A DNA stretch of 64,000 nucleotides from Lepidodermella squamata (taxonomy: Eukaryota > Animalia > Gastrotricha): contig JBLDXI010000056.1 of assembly GCA_047495785.1 (NCBI GenBank), positions 1 through 64,000 on the forward strand. Reading direction: 5' to 3'. Positions 1-12,696 of this stretch are shown here, piece by piece (the first letter of the stretch is position 1; every line of letters starts with the position of its first letter). Both the position numbers and the translations under genes were made by a program. The notes under the pieces were generated by a model. The model did not search any database. It was not told the DNA's origin and saw nothing but the letters and a program-made list of their open reading frames with translations.

Positions 1-191
1 ATACGGGAACTCCTGTTACTTTCACGTTCTACTTGGCGAACAGGCCGTATCCACCGGGTCATGCATCGTTTAATGCATCGGGTTGCATTTATTTCGGCTA
101 TAGCGACAATTATTCAACGAGCGAGTGGTTCGATGGTAACTGCGCCATTTCTGAAGCATTCCCTATTTGTGAAATCGAACTAGTTGGTTGA
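1..191 (+). CDS. 3' end of a C-type lectin-domain gene (runs off the window start)
   Basis: Frame from base 3 reads TGTPVTFTFYLANRPYPPGHASFNASGCIYFGYSDNYSTSEWFDGNCAISEAFPICEIELVG* (TGA 189-191). This matches the C-terminal half of a CTLD: C...W-x-D-x-x-C...ICE. Absent from the ORF track. Confidence 0.7.
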   Translation, partial: TGTPVTFTFYLANRPYPPGHASFNASGCIYFGYSDNYSTSEWFDGNCAISEAFPICEIELVG

Positions 192-861
192 AAGAAATTC
201 TGAAAATTTAACACCACAGAGAAAACTCACTGTTAATATTGACTATAGTTTCCTAGCCACCATCCTATTTTCGAAACTAGACGCCTTTTTTTACAAAATA
301 GTGTAGAAATAGCTTTCTCTCGCTACCTTAAAAATGTAGTTTTCCGACTTGCTACTATGGATGATGTCTCAAAAAATAGCCCTCGGTTCTTAGTTCCCTT
401 GCGAATGGATGCAGGCTTGTGAACAAATTCCTCGAATTGAGAGAATATGGTGGCCAAAAAACATAGGCGACTGCAGGTTGAAGCGAGCTTTCAGAATCTG
501 TAAAAATGTTCCTCAAATTCATCAAGGCAAAAAATGTGCCCCAAGAAAACTCCTGAAAAAAGTCGCTAGCTCGCGCTTTGTGCGCGCGCGAGGTTGTCGA
601 TCCTCTTTTAGTATTTCTCACAAGTCACAAGCGCGAAAGAGCAGCTCGCAAAAATAATTCTCAAGTGCTCTCCGATACAATCCTGATGAAGCAAAGTCTG
701 CTGCCTGGGAAAATCGCCTGATTGAATGTCTTAGCAAGGCCATATATCGAGGCTGATTCATCGATTGCCGATGCGATAAATAATCGAGTCCCCTCAGTAA
801 GATCCTGTCATCACTTGGTTATAGGTGAGAAGAACCCAACAAGCAATTATTAAGCATTTAA

Positions 862-2506
862 TCATGAATTCATTCGTCTGAATGACATCGGGCATCGTAA
901 AGAAGACAAGATTTTGTCGAGTTGGTAAGGCCGAAGAGTTTTCAGAGTAGCCGACAAGCTCATTTCCATCGTAATCAATAACAAAGCTCCTTTGTGAAGC
1001 TTGTGCGTCGCGATTGCTGGTCCGAAGTCATTGTAGAAACTCTGCGCTAAGAAAGAGATGAAAGCTGGAATATGGGCGAGCGAAAAAATGAAAAACGCGG
1101 CGAGTGACTGCTGAGCGAAAAAGAATTCGCGATGCTGCCACGTGTCCACCAACCTACGGTGGCCATTCTCGACGAGACGCAACTTTCTATTGATTTCATG
1201 AATGCGGGTGAAAACTTTGGCGTAATTGAACGCGAGCACGCTCGAAGTGCATATGACGTTGAAGGAGTAGTAAATTAATACTACCAATGAAGTGTCCAGA
1301 TCACCGTAAAGTTTGTACTCAAATGTGCTGCAGAGGTGCACATAATTCGGATGGGAGGTGTTTTCGAGTGGAAGCTTCCGAATGCCGTACGACTGCAAAG
1401 GATAGATGCCGATGAAGACTGATACGGCGCAGCATGCCAACAGGGCTGCCATGACGATGAGAACAATCTGGAAAAATCAGAAGCGTTAAATTTTCAGATG
1501 AGAAAGCACTAATTATTTGGATTATTTGGAATCATCGAAATAATCTCAACGTGTGAAAAATCAGTGTGCGAAGTACCGGGGGTACGCTGTGACTTTTTGA
1601 AGACTTATCGATGGTTCCAAATAGTTTTAACACAACTTTTAGGGTACTCAAAATATCTCGAAAATACTAGCGTTATAAATAAAAGCAATTTATTTCATTA
1701 ATTAGGACGAAATTGCTTTTTTTCGATAAAATGGGCTGAATTGAGATCTAGATTCAGATTCCTGAAGTGATCTTGGATGATTTGTCTGATTTTCTGGGAA
1801 TTTTAAAGAAATCCGCCCGGAAGAACAATGAAAAATAACTAAGGATTTAACCTCTTTGTAAGCACGTGTGACGGAAGCACACATGGCACATGGCGCAGTT
1901 GGAAATAATCCAGCGCAGGTTCAGTTTAATTAAGAAGCAATGCAAAGGCCATTTTCGAAATATTCAACAAATCAGAAAAAATCAGAAAAAATAAAAAATC
2001 ATCCAAGTAAATTGATTAGAAATTTATAATCTTGCCTTTAAAGTGCTTGACTTGTAATTAGGCGAATCCGATAGAGCGCAGAGCCGGCGTTCATAGCTTA
2101 TTAGCATATTCATGTAGCAACCAAATGGCCCGAGCGTCATCAGTGTTGCTTCTACAATTTTGCACTGTGGGTCGCTGAGGTTGCCATCTGGCAGCGCTGA
2201 CAGCAAATTCAAGGCGTAAAAGCCTGCAATGATTACGTTGCGAACATCCGAAATGATATTCAGCAGCAAGAAATCTCGCTTGACGTTCCGTTGCTTGTAG
2301 CTGATAATACTGATTACGCTTGTTACAACGACTAGGATTGTCGATAAGGAAAAAGCTGATGCGAAAAACAAGCGATCCTCGTAAGATTCCGCTGTGAGAT
2401 CCGCATACCAGCCGACAAAATACGGCCTCGATTTGTTGAAGCCGCGATCGGGAATATCAGCCAGAATCCATGCGTCATTTACAATGAACGAAGATTGATT
2501 TACCAT
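862..2506 (-). CDS. Orphan class-A-like 7TM receptor, paralog 1; exons 2506-2036 and 1467-862
   Basis: Seven hydrophobic segments, TM2 Asp (NIISD), TM3 Cys, ISYERR at the DRY position, TM6 H-x-P. Phase-0 intron at the same position as in the paralogs, with a GC donor (AAG|gcaag) and ttccag acceptor. Confidence 0.85.
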
Positions 2507-3192
2507 TTCCAAGGCAAATGAGCAAACAGTTGCAACGAGAAGACGTAAAATTGAGTTTTTCAGGCTGCCAGGCATTTTTAATCCCTCATATATGAATCGC
2601 ACTCAGACTTCATCAACCCAATTTTTAATCCTCACTACTTTCTTTGGCAAATAAACAAGAACTCGGATAGTCGGAGGAGAGAAAACTTTGCTACTCATAT
2701 TTTTTTAAATCCGCTATTCTTATTACATGATTTATACTGCAAGAAAAATAGCGCTAGAAATCGATGGTGGATTTTTTTAGTTCTAGTTTCAAGAGTCTCT
2801 ACCTCATCCAACATAGCTATCTCGAATTAGCCGCTGCTGGCTATGCGACGCAGGCTCTTCCTGCATTTTGAAATATCCAGCGTTTATTGATCCTCATGCG
2901 AAGCCAAAAAACTTCAGTTTTAGTTTTAACTAGCAGTCCCTCAAGCATGAGTCTGAGCTTTTTTCTAAGAATGACCCAATCGTTTGGGCTTCAGGCAATA
3001 TCGCTGCGGTCATTGAGAAAGGCTGCAGACCTCTATCAACACAGCGCGTTAATTTCCCGAGATGAAACTTGTCGATTGTACAGCAATTTTTCATTGGGTA
3101 ATTTTTCGCCTACAGCTCTCATTTACCAAACCGTCCTCGAATAAGACCTATATAGCCTGCATTGCGACGCAATTCCAGCGTCACTATGCATA

Positions 3193-4408
3193 CAGTACGA
3201 CCTCCTTAAATGCAAAGGGTCGGGAGACAAGCGTTTGCACTTACGGAGGGTTGCATTTATAGAGGGCTGTTAAAGAGCTAGCAATCTTTGTTGCTAAGGC
3301 GACGACGATTTTACTGGTTAGCCATGCTTGAAGATAAGCCGGAATGAATTCAGTATACTACATTGATTTGAATGGATTGTAGTATTTGTGAAAGCAAAAA
3401 CTCTAGAAATCGCGTGCGCACGATTTTTTTTATTCGCAATCTCAATGAGCTTATAAAAAACAACGGTCTGTAAAGATCGAGATGATGGGTGTTGGGTGAG
3501 ATAACACCGCGTGGCCGCCAAATTAAAAAGCTGGAAATCCGCCTACAGGGCTGGAATCTTGTTGCTAACGACACCTGTTTTTTCACCGTAAATAAAAGTT
3601 ATGGAACTATAATTTTTATTTTGATGAAAAATAATTTTTCAACAAATAAAATTAACGGGAGACAAAATTGCTTGCAAATACAGAGGTTTTCTTTTTATGG
3701 AGGTTGCATTTATGGAGGTAGCCAGTGCCGGATTTTCCATTAGGCAAACAAGGCAATTGCCTTAGGGCCCCGCGATTTTCGGGCTCTCGGAGAAAAATCC
3801 AAAGGGGGGACCCTTATGCCCCAAGGGCCCCCAGATTTTCTGACTCTCCTTGGAAAATTCCACAGGGGGGACCCTTTTGATTTGTGTAACCGCCTGTAAT
3901 GATCCATTTTCCGGCCTTCGTTAAAGCTTTTTTAGCAACATTTTGAAAAAATTTGCTCGCTGCGCTCGCACTTGTCTACTCTTCCAATACTTATTGTTTC
4001 AATTCTCTGCACGAAACTTTCTCATCTCGGCAGTATTGTGTGCATGCAGAATTTGCATTTCAAATGATTCAATCGAACTCTGAACTGAACCTGAATCAGA
4101 ACGCCATTTTTAAGAGGATTTTAGGTATTTTCCGTGGAAAAATCCCAAACTTTTCTCGCTTCGCTCGAACAAATTGGTTCAAATAACATATAATTTGCAC
4201 CAATGCGGCAAAGAAAATGTTCAATTACAAAAAGCCGACCGATAGCGGCCCGAGCGAGTGGCCCGAGTGGCCCCAAAAATTGCAAAAAGCAACCACATGT
4301 AACAACCAAAAAAAGTAAAAACCAGTCATAGGGGCCCCCGAAGATGGAGATTGCCTAGGGCCCCGAGAAATTTCCGACTGGGAAAATCCGGCGCTGGAGG
4401 TAGCACTG
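3193..4408. mobile_element. Tc1/mariner(pogo)-type MITE, interrupted near its right end by a hAT MITE
   Basis: TA|CAGTACGACCTCC...GGAGGTAGC[insert]ACTG|TA: imperfect TIRs with TA target duplication. Confidence 0.65.
3723..4396. mobile_element. hAT-type MITE
   Basis: TIRs CAGTGCCGGATTTTCC / GGAAAATCCGGCGCTG. Perfect 8-bp TSD GAGGTAGC at 3715-3722 and 4397-4404. Confidence 0.85.
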
Positions 4409-5241
4409 TACTTACAGAAGCGCGCTTTTTCCGGTGAAAATACGCCTCATCGCCTCAAATCTTACATGTCATTGCCTTATCATGTGAAACTTGATGATAA
4501 ACAAGAACTGGGATAATCCGGTAGTCTTTAATTGATACAGTCTTAAGCCAGCATATGTCAAATGCGGACGATGATGCTTTTTCACCCCTGTCCAATGCAA
4601 GACAGTAAGTAACCTTGAAGAGGCGGACTAATTTTGCTAATTTTGATCGTGGATGATTTTTGTTGAGCTGATCAAGTCGAACTTATTAAAGCTCGTCCAT
4701 GCTTCGTTGCTCCAAAAATTATCTCGATCGCAAACTCGGATCATCATGTCCTCTACGCTATTTTGCTAATCCCAGCAATCGACGGACCATAAAATGTGTG
4801 ACAATTAACCGGCTTTCACCTATTTTTCAGTCCTACGCGTTCATCAAATTATGTGGGGTCAACATTGATTTGAGGTTATTTCAGCCAGAAGTAAGCAGCG
4901 GTTTTATATCTTAGCAGAAATAAAACCTGGTTGTCGGTTGACACGCTTAGCCTTAGGTAGCGCTGTAACGAGGAATCTTCGACTAATCAGTCAATATGTC
5001 ATCTTTCGCAAGCTTTACTGACAAACTCAGTTGGTGAAAGGTGACAATTGAATCAATCTTTACACGCGCATCGTAGCTTGACCTGAATTCGATTACAGCC
5101 ATGGACTCAACAAATGAACTTCTCAAAAATGAGCAAAAAATCATCGAATCTGGTGTTTTAGGATCATTGTTTTACTTCTTCAGAACCAAATATCAAGCAA
5201 ATTATTCCAATAAGAAGTGATTGTCAATGCGTGATTCAAGT

Positions 5242-6460
5242 TCATTTAATGCTCTTTTTGCAACGAATAGTGGACAAAATGGCGTTAAGTTGACGAGGTC
5301 GCATAGTTTTCACAACAGCGGACAGGCTCATTTCAAAAGTAATTAACAACAACGATCCTTTGTGAAGCCTATGAGTTGCTATTGCTGGTCCGAAGTCATT
5401 GTAGAAAATCTGAGCTAAAAAGGAGAAGAAGGCCGGGATATGGGCGAGCGAGTAGATGAAGAAGGCGGCGAGTGACTGCTGCGCGAAAAAGAATTCACGA
5501 TGATGCCACGTTTCCGCCAATTTTCGGCGATTGCTTTCTATCAAATCAACCCTATCCGGGGAGAGATTCTGGTTAATTTCGTGGATTCGATTGAAAATTT
5601 TAAAGTAATTGACAGCTAACACGATTGAAGTGCAAGCTATGTTGAAGGTGTAGTAGAGGAGAACTATGAGTGACGTATCGATATCCCCGTAAAGTTTGTA
5701 CTCGAAGCAACTGCACAGTTGGACGTATTTCGGCTCAGCTGAGTTGTCGAGTGGCAGCTTCTGAATTTTGTATGTCTGCAGTGGATAAATGCCAAAAAAT
5801 ACTGCAATGGCGCAACACACCAGTAGAATACCCAGGACGCTGAAAACCAGCTAAATAAAAAGCAAATATTAGAACCTTGTTCACGATCATACCCTTTGAA
5901 GAACAAGCAAAAATCGGAAAAACAACAATAGAAAAAATAGATAATATAAAATAATAAAAAATAGGAAACAACAACTCATAGAAACATACCTTGAGAGTAC
6001 TGGATTTGTAATTCGGCGAATCAGATAAAGCGCACAGCCGCCGTTCATAGCTTATTAGCATATTCATGTAACAGCCGAACGGTGCCAAGACCATCACTGT
6101 CATGGCAACAATTGTGCACTGCGGATCGCTCAGGTTTCCATCTGGCAGCGCTGACAGCAAATTCAACGCATAAACGCCTGCGAAGATTAAGTTACGAACA
6201 TCCGAAATGATGTTCAGCAGCAAGAAATCTCGCTTGACGTTTCGCCGCTTGTAACTGATGATACTGATTACGCTTGTTACAATGACTAGGATTGTCGATA
6301 AGGAAAAAGCTGATGCGAAAAACAAGCGATCCTCGTAAGATTCCGCTGTGAGATCCGCATACCAGCCGACAAAATACGGCCTTGATTTGTTGAAGCCGCG
6401 ATCGGGAATATCAGCCAGAATCCATGCGTCATTCACGACAAACGAAGTCAAATTATCCAT
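5242..6460 (-). CDS. Orphan class-A-like 7TM receptor, paralog 2; exons 6460-5990 and 5850-5242
   Basis: Clear paralog of 862-2506. AAG|gtatg...tttag|CTG joins SSTLK to LVFSVLG in frame. Confidence 0.88.
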
Positions 6461-8366
6461 AAATATTGAAAATATACTAGCGAAAATGCAGTTTTACGAG
6501 TGACGGACGCAAGTTCAGTCCTAAAGAGTATTTATCTGGGCGAATTTCTTGTAATTTCAAATTTACATGAACAAAATTGCTTTTGACAGACACTTGTCTC
6601 TAGGGTACGTTCTGTTCCATGGAAATCAACAGTAAATATAATTACTTCAGAATCGTTATTGTGACGCTGTGACTTGAAAGCAATTATGCAAACAGCAATA
6701 ATTCGATTGACCGTGAAAATTATGAAAAAATTGATCCGGGATGGCGACAAGGCAATGAACCGTATTGTGATTTAGTACATCGAAAGTGAGTAAAACTTTC
6801 ATGACTACTTAAAAGGTTTCACGAGCCGCATATAAAGGTCCATGGCTAAATTTAGGTTGGCTCTGTAGTGATCGTTCTTGCGACATTATCGCAGCGATTG
6901 CTTAGACTTTGAAGCGACTATGGACTGGTCAATTATCCGGCCGACCCATGCCGCTGCAAATCTTCGGTCAAAATCAAGAATCAAGAACCCAACATAATTT
7001 TGCCGTGAATCTAAACAGTTTGAACCTTTCATCAAGTCAAATGGCAACTTAATTCTTAAATCCTTCTTTCCATCACTTCTTTTTATGTAAAATAATTTTA
7101 CGAACTTGATATAAACAAGAATGAGGATAAAGTCTAAAAGAACGTGTTTTCAGGTCAACATATTTAATGTTTCGCTGATTAGCGTTGCGGGCGCATGATT
7201 CAAGCCTTAGTAATTCACAGGAAGCGAGTTAGGCCGTTATAGTGTCTGAAATTTGACGTGTCGCAATTCATAAGTCGCAGCCATGCCACATGATTAATTG
7301 AACTGAAATGAGCTCTAAATCGATAACTAATCATTCACTGGCACAACAATCGATTGCTTGAAAATTGGCGGCAGAATATGAAAATTTAATTTTGAATTTG
7401 ATACACCGATGCATGTCACTGTCAGACCTTGGCTCAGTTCTTCGAGAGAAATACTTTTAGGAAAGAAGTTTCAACGTGGCAAATATATAAAAAATTGGCC
7501 GTGAAGAAAAAATCGGCAAAAAATTGCACAGCTCTTGGATCGCATTGCATCGCCAACATGGCTTACTGCCGAGAAATGCAGTGGGTTTCTTCGAGAAATG
7601 AGGAGTCTTCTCAAAACTAAAGAAAGTCTTGGAATCCGAGAGCCATAGACCACGAGTAATGCTAGCGTATAAAACCATTGGCAATTTGAATTATTTTCAG
7701 CGCCGGTAATAAGAAACTCTCCGTAGATTTCATGAGTATGCGAGATTTATTTGGAATAAACGGCATCGAGCCAATTCATATGTGAAAAATTTAGCAATCG
7801 CTGCTAGCAAGATTTTCCTCGTTTTAGCGCGATTCCTTATTTCCGCCCGATGAAAAAAAGAATATGCGCGGATTTCCGACGGTGCTTATAATGTTTACCG
7901 CAGGCGGATAGCAGCGGATATTCTGTAGCTATGATCTTAATCCACAGAATCATACGATCGTCGCACATTGATCTGGTCCAGACGAACCATTTATTTTCGG
8001 CACACGTGACCCTGAAATTATAACAACATTTTCGGCTTGGCGTTTGCGCACAAGTCCATTTGTATCCTTTAATTGGGCAAACATTGCTTAGTGGATTTCG
8101 AAACTGAGAGGGCCCGGAATTGAGCATTTTTCGATCGTTTTGTATCAGCTACTTTAAAGTTTGTAATTTCTTGAATTGCTCCAATCAAGGTCCCATTGAC
8201 GGAGATAATTTAGTTTGAAGTTTAAACCGTTTGTTCAGTTTTTCATGTTTCACAGCGCGACTGTGATTTGAAGCTGGCATCCCGTCGTGAACATATTTCT
8301 AGGGCCAAATCAGACGAAACGTAACAACTTTCCAAATGCTATCATTCCATTGGGTCTCAAATTGTA

Positions 8367-9067
8367 CAGTGTGATTCAGAAAGGCCGCCCTAACCACTAT
8401 TAGTATTTTTTCCTCTTGTTTTTTTCCCAAAAAATTTTCTAAGTCCGCGCGTGCCGACACGAAAAAAATTTTCGCAAACAAATAATAATAGCCAAGAATT
8501 AAAATAATAAATCTAAAACAACATATAAGACTATGATGAAATGGCGACTGACAAGAATAGATAGGCAGGATGAAGAAAAATCTGAACAGAGAACAGTCTA
8601 GCTTTTGACAGAAGAAGCAAAACTACCATTTCGCATTTTGAAATTCCGAAAAACTACCAAGGGAAATTGATAATTAAATGCGGACTACAACTATAAAAAG
8701 CTAAAACTTTCGTTCAACAAACAAGTGAAATGCATGGTGCATGGGAGTGCTTGCTGTTCTTAAAAGCACTGGAAATGCTGTGGAGAAATCTCAAAACAGC
8801 TTAAAATAGGACCGAAATTTGATTGATTACTGCAAGCTTTTTTGCTATCTGGCGTTGTTGGTGTGATCGAGATGATGCTCATGATCGGCATGATCGGCGT
8901 GATTTGTGTGATCGCCATGAAAAAACGCCAAAATGAACGATAATAACACGCGTTCCTTCATCACAAAAAACTGGAAAAACTGATGAATCCGATCCAATTT
9001 TTTCTACGGCCGTGTCTAACACGTGCCTGTTTATGATGCGTTCGGGCGCCCTTTCTGAATCACACTG
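8367..9067. mobile_element. Tc1/mariner-type MITE
   Basis: TIRs CAGTGTGATTCAGAAAGGCCGCCC / GGGCGCCCTTTCTGAATCACACTG, flanked by TA on both sides. Confidence 0.85.
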
Positions 9068-9166
9068 TACGCTGACAAAACTTTAGGGGGACTAAATGCT
9101 GTGAGTAGCAATAAAAGAGAACATTTTTATTTGCGAAAGTTAATGATTTAATATAATCATCAGCAA

Positions 9167-11105
9167 TCAGTCACCTTCCGTCTTGTTCGTATCACTTAGT
9201 GACGAACGGTTACAAGCGAACTTGGTACGAACAGCTCGAAAATGATGCGGCCGGCTGATTTTCAAAACAGCAGTCAAAGTCATCTCAACAGTTAACATTA
9301 ACAGAGAAAACTGGTGCAGCCAGTTTGATCCAACACTTCTGCCGATCTCAGTCTTGTAGAAAAGGTGGCCGAGGAAAGACACGAACATTGGCAAATGGGC
9401 AGCGAAATATATCACAAAAGCGGCGAGTGATTGCTGAGCGAAAAAGAATTCACGATGCTGCCACTTATCGATCTTCTTCAAATGAAAACTTAGCGTCCGT
9501 TGCAAGGCCATGCTGCCACTCGATGCCAAATTGTCGTTGATTTCATGAATTCTGTTGAAAATTTTCCAATAGTTGACCGCGAAGCCTGTTGTCGTAGCTG
9601 CAACGGTAATAGTGAAGTAAGCGAACAAAATCTGGGCCGTGTCGAGGAATTCGCCTATTTTTACATCAAAACTACCACAAAGTCCTATGTAGGTCGCGTT
9701 AGGGCCAGTGGATAGAGGTAGGAGTTGATAACCGAAGCCGTACATTGGGTATATGGTGAGAAGCGCCGACATTGAGCAGCAAAATATCAATGTGAGAGTA
9801 ACAATCGTCAGCAGCTTGAAAAAAAAGCAAAACAAAACGACATTTTCAATATTTTATCTGGAGATAGTGATGCATGAAAATTCAAGCGTTGATTTCGCTG
9901 AAATGTCAAACATCAATTTAATTATATCGTCCATTTTGTTCAGGTAATAGGGACATCCGAAGGAGGAGGCTTGTGAGAACGCACCTATGCGAAGCTGAGT
10001 ATATTCTACTGAAATTTAACCTTGTTCTATGCCCACTACTGTTATTGAATGACCACAAAACTGTCGCTTGCATCAGTACTCTCATTACGAGTGCAAATGG
10101 TAAGATAAATTAGGGGATGAAAATAACCACAACATAGAGAAATAAATGACCGCGGAGTAAGCACTCAAGCTAAAATGTAAGAATCTTCGTTTCTATTCAA
10201 AGTTAAATTTCTCAAAACGAATATTTCTGTTGTTCACCAAACTTTGCATGCATATAGAACGGGAGCTGATCTTTCACTTGGTGTAAGATTTGAGGTAGGC
10301 AACCCAACACCCAACCGTTGTTACGATACAAAAAATCTCTTTTTCACTGTGGTTTCATTCATTTGATGAGATCAAGACTGAGCAGCAATTGCCTGCCTCA
10401 AATCTTATACCACGTGAAAGAGCAGTTCGCGTTATATATGCGTTTTGTGAACAAAACGGCGATACCCGTTTTGAGAAGCACTCGATTTAATAATGCAGAT
10501 CAAAATGTTACCCTGAGTGTTTACTCTGGTCATTTTGTCTCTATGACCCACACATAGCCCCCACCTCCAGGATCCTACTTCATCCACTTCTCTGTCTAAA
10601 ACAATGCAAGTTGAATAAACAATTAACAGACCTTGACAGCGTTTGACTTGTAATTAGGTATTTCGGACAGAGCACAAATACGGCGTTCGTAGCTGATCAG
10701 CATATTCATGTAGCAACCGAACGGGCCCATTGCGATCGAAATCCACATGGAAAATTGGCAATACGTCGGGTTGAAATTGCCATCGCTTAGTGTTACCAGG
10801 AAACTTATTGCAAAGTTAACGGCGATTGAAATATTCCGAAAATCCAGAATTATGGTCAGCATTAAAAATTCACAACGAACACGGCGTCTTTTATAACTGA
10901 CTATGCTGCAAATGCTGGTCAAAATGACGAAAAATGGTGATATGAAGAAAGGGAGGCTGTAAACCAGACGGTCGGAGGCGGTCTCTGCTTTCAGGTCAAC
11001 GTACCATGCAGCGAAATAAGGCCTTGGTTCATTGAAACCCCGCCCAGATATGTTAGCTAGAATCCAAGCTGAATTGATCACATTTGAGACGATATCAACC
11101 ACCAT
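9167..11105 (-). CDS. Orphan class-A-like 7TM receptor, paralog 3; exons 11105-10632 and 9814-9167
   Basis: Shared motifs AWILA, GPFGCYMNMLISYERR and REFFFAQQSLAAF. Splice AAG|gtctg...ttcaag|CTG. Confidence 0.85.
10209..10477. mobile_element. Degenerate palindromic MITE in the intron of 7TM paralog 3
   Basis: Long imperfect inverted arms, e.g. ctttcacttggtgtaagatttgaggtaggcaa / ttgcctgcctcaaatcttataccacgtgaaag. Ends approximate. Confidence 0.6.
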
Positions 11106-11184
11106 TTCATTCAGAATTGACCATTAAGTGTATCGTAATCCGATACCGCAATCTATGCAAGAAACTTGAATACGTTAGGCAAAG

Positions 11185-11319
11185 CAGTGCTCCAGTTCTC
11201 CCCCTCCAGTTCGCAAGGAAAAGGTGTAAAACCTATAAAACACCACATGGGGATCCTTTGGTCATACATTTTTCAACTTGAAAATACCTCCCAGTTTGAG
11301 GATCCTACTTCGCGCACCG
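11185..11319. mobile_element. Small hAT-type MITE (family also at 28401-28509 and 43073-43193)
   Basis: CAGTG...ggatcctacttcgcgcaccg. Reverse-complement similarity to 28401-28509. Degenerate 8-bp TSD (aggcaaag/agttaaag). Confidence 0.55.
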
Positions 11320-11766
11320 AGTTAAAGTTTCAAGTTAAATTTAACCACCATGTTGAATAGACATAATGTAAAATGGAGAATTGTGTTTAGAGAGCGAAAT
11401 GGCTGAAAACGGTAAAACGTTAAGAGATCAGTTGATCTGCCATGCAGTCCGAAAATATTATTTAAATTCAGTGAACGATGCCCTCCTTAAACAATCCCTG
11501 AGGGCAGGGATTTCCGAATGTGAGGGACCCGATAAATAATTATATACGGTTAGCTTGTTGATACGCACATGAGGATGTCAAAGCTAATCATATTCTTTCA
11601 AATGCAGACATGTCACGGCTCGTTTTCACACTACATCGCTAGGTCCCCAGTGTCCGATATTTCAGAGTATCCTTCGTCACAGAATTGTCACGGTGCTAAA
11701 GTCACATAATGTGAAAAAACAATAGGAAACAAAGTAGGTACATAATGCCAATGCATTAGGAAATCC

Positions 11767-11881
11767 TCACGTCGCGGAAGAACTTGCACTTAATAATTTT
11801 TTTCTGATTACTGTACATTCGAGTACGGTTAGCTGACTGTATTTATATATGATTCTTACTGCGAGTTCTTCCGCGACGTGA
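11767..11881. repeat. Short inverted-repeat element
   Basis: tcacgtcgcggaagaacttgca / tgcgagttcttccgcgacgtga (22-bp arms, one mismatch). Confidence 0.6.
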
Positions 11882-12696
11882 ACAAACTATCTTTACCCGT
11901 TACAATATATTGTGTTTGGGAAAACAAAAACTTTGCTTCATGTTAATCGTCAGCAATAGTTTTGGCTTTGAGTTTTGTCTTGACTAAGATTTAGTAAATT
12001 CTTTTCAACAATAAAGGCATGACACTTAGGAACGTCAATAAAGATAGAATTATCGATAGTTGGGTAAAATGGTTTGGGATATTTGCCGGTTCAGGCGATT
12101 GAGCCCTAAAGGACCGGCGATCTATTTTGAAGGGTGGACATGGAAAATGGTCAGTAATGTTTGCACCGTGAATAAATTGATTATCCATGAAATTGCTAGC
12201 AGTGTGGACGCACTCTACTACGGCGTAGGTGCGATCACGCGACGGCGAGCAGCGAGAACTCTTGAGTCTTAACGGATGACCTCGCCTGATCATTGTGTCA
12301 ATAGAATGCCGATAGCCCATCGCGATGTCTATAATGAAAGCCGAACTAGGTCACTAGATACACATGCAACTGAGATTCCGTTCAACAATAAATTATTGTT
12401 AATTGCCCACTATTATTATGCATTCAAAAACAACAAATACGGACAACTGGTAAGTTTCAATTTGAAATTCACTTGGTAAAATTTTGTTATCAGGTTCCAA
12501 TCAACTTGCAACATGCAGAGAATTATTACCTTGTTAGCATATTTGACACTAACAACATTAATATTAAATTGGATCACCAGAGCGCAGCCGAATAAAATAA
12601 CTTGGCACGTGTTAGTTTCATTTAAATAATAGGCCCTCCGCCGGGCAGCGCTATAGGCACTCGAATCGTATAACTTCCAAATCAGTCATCTAAAAT

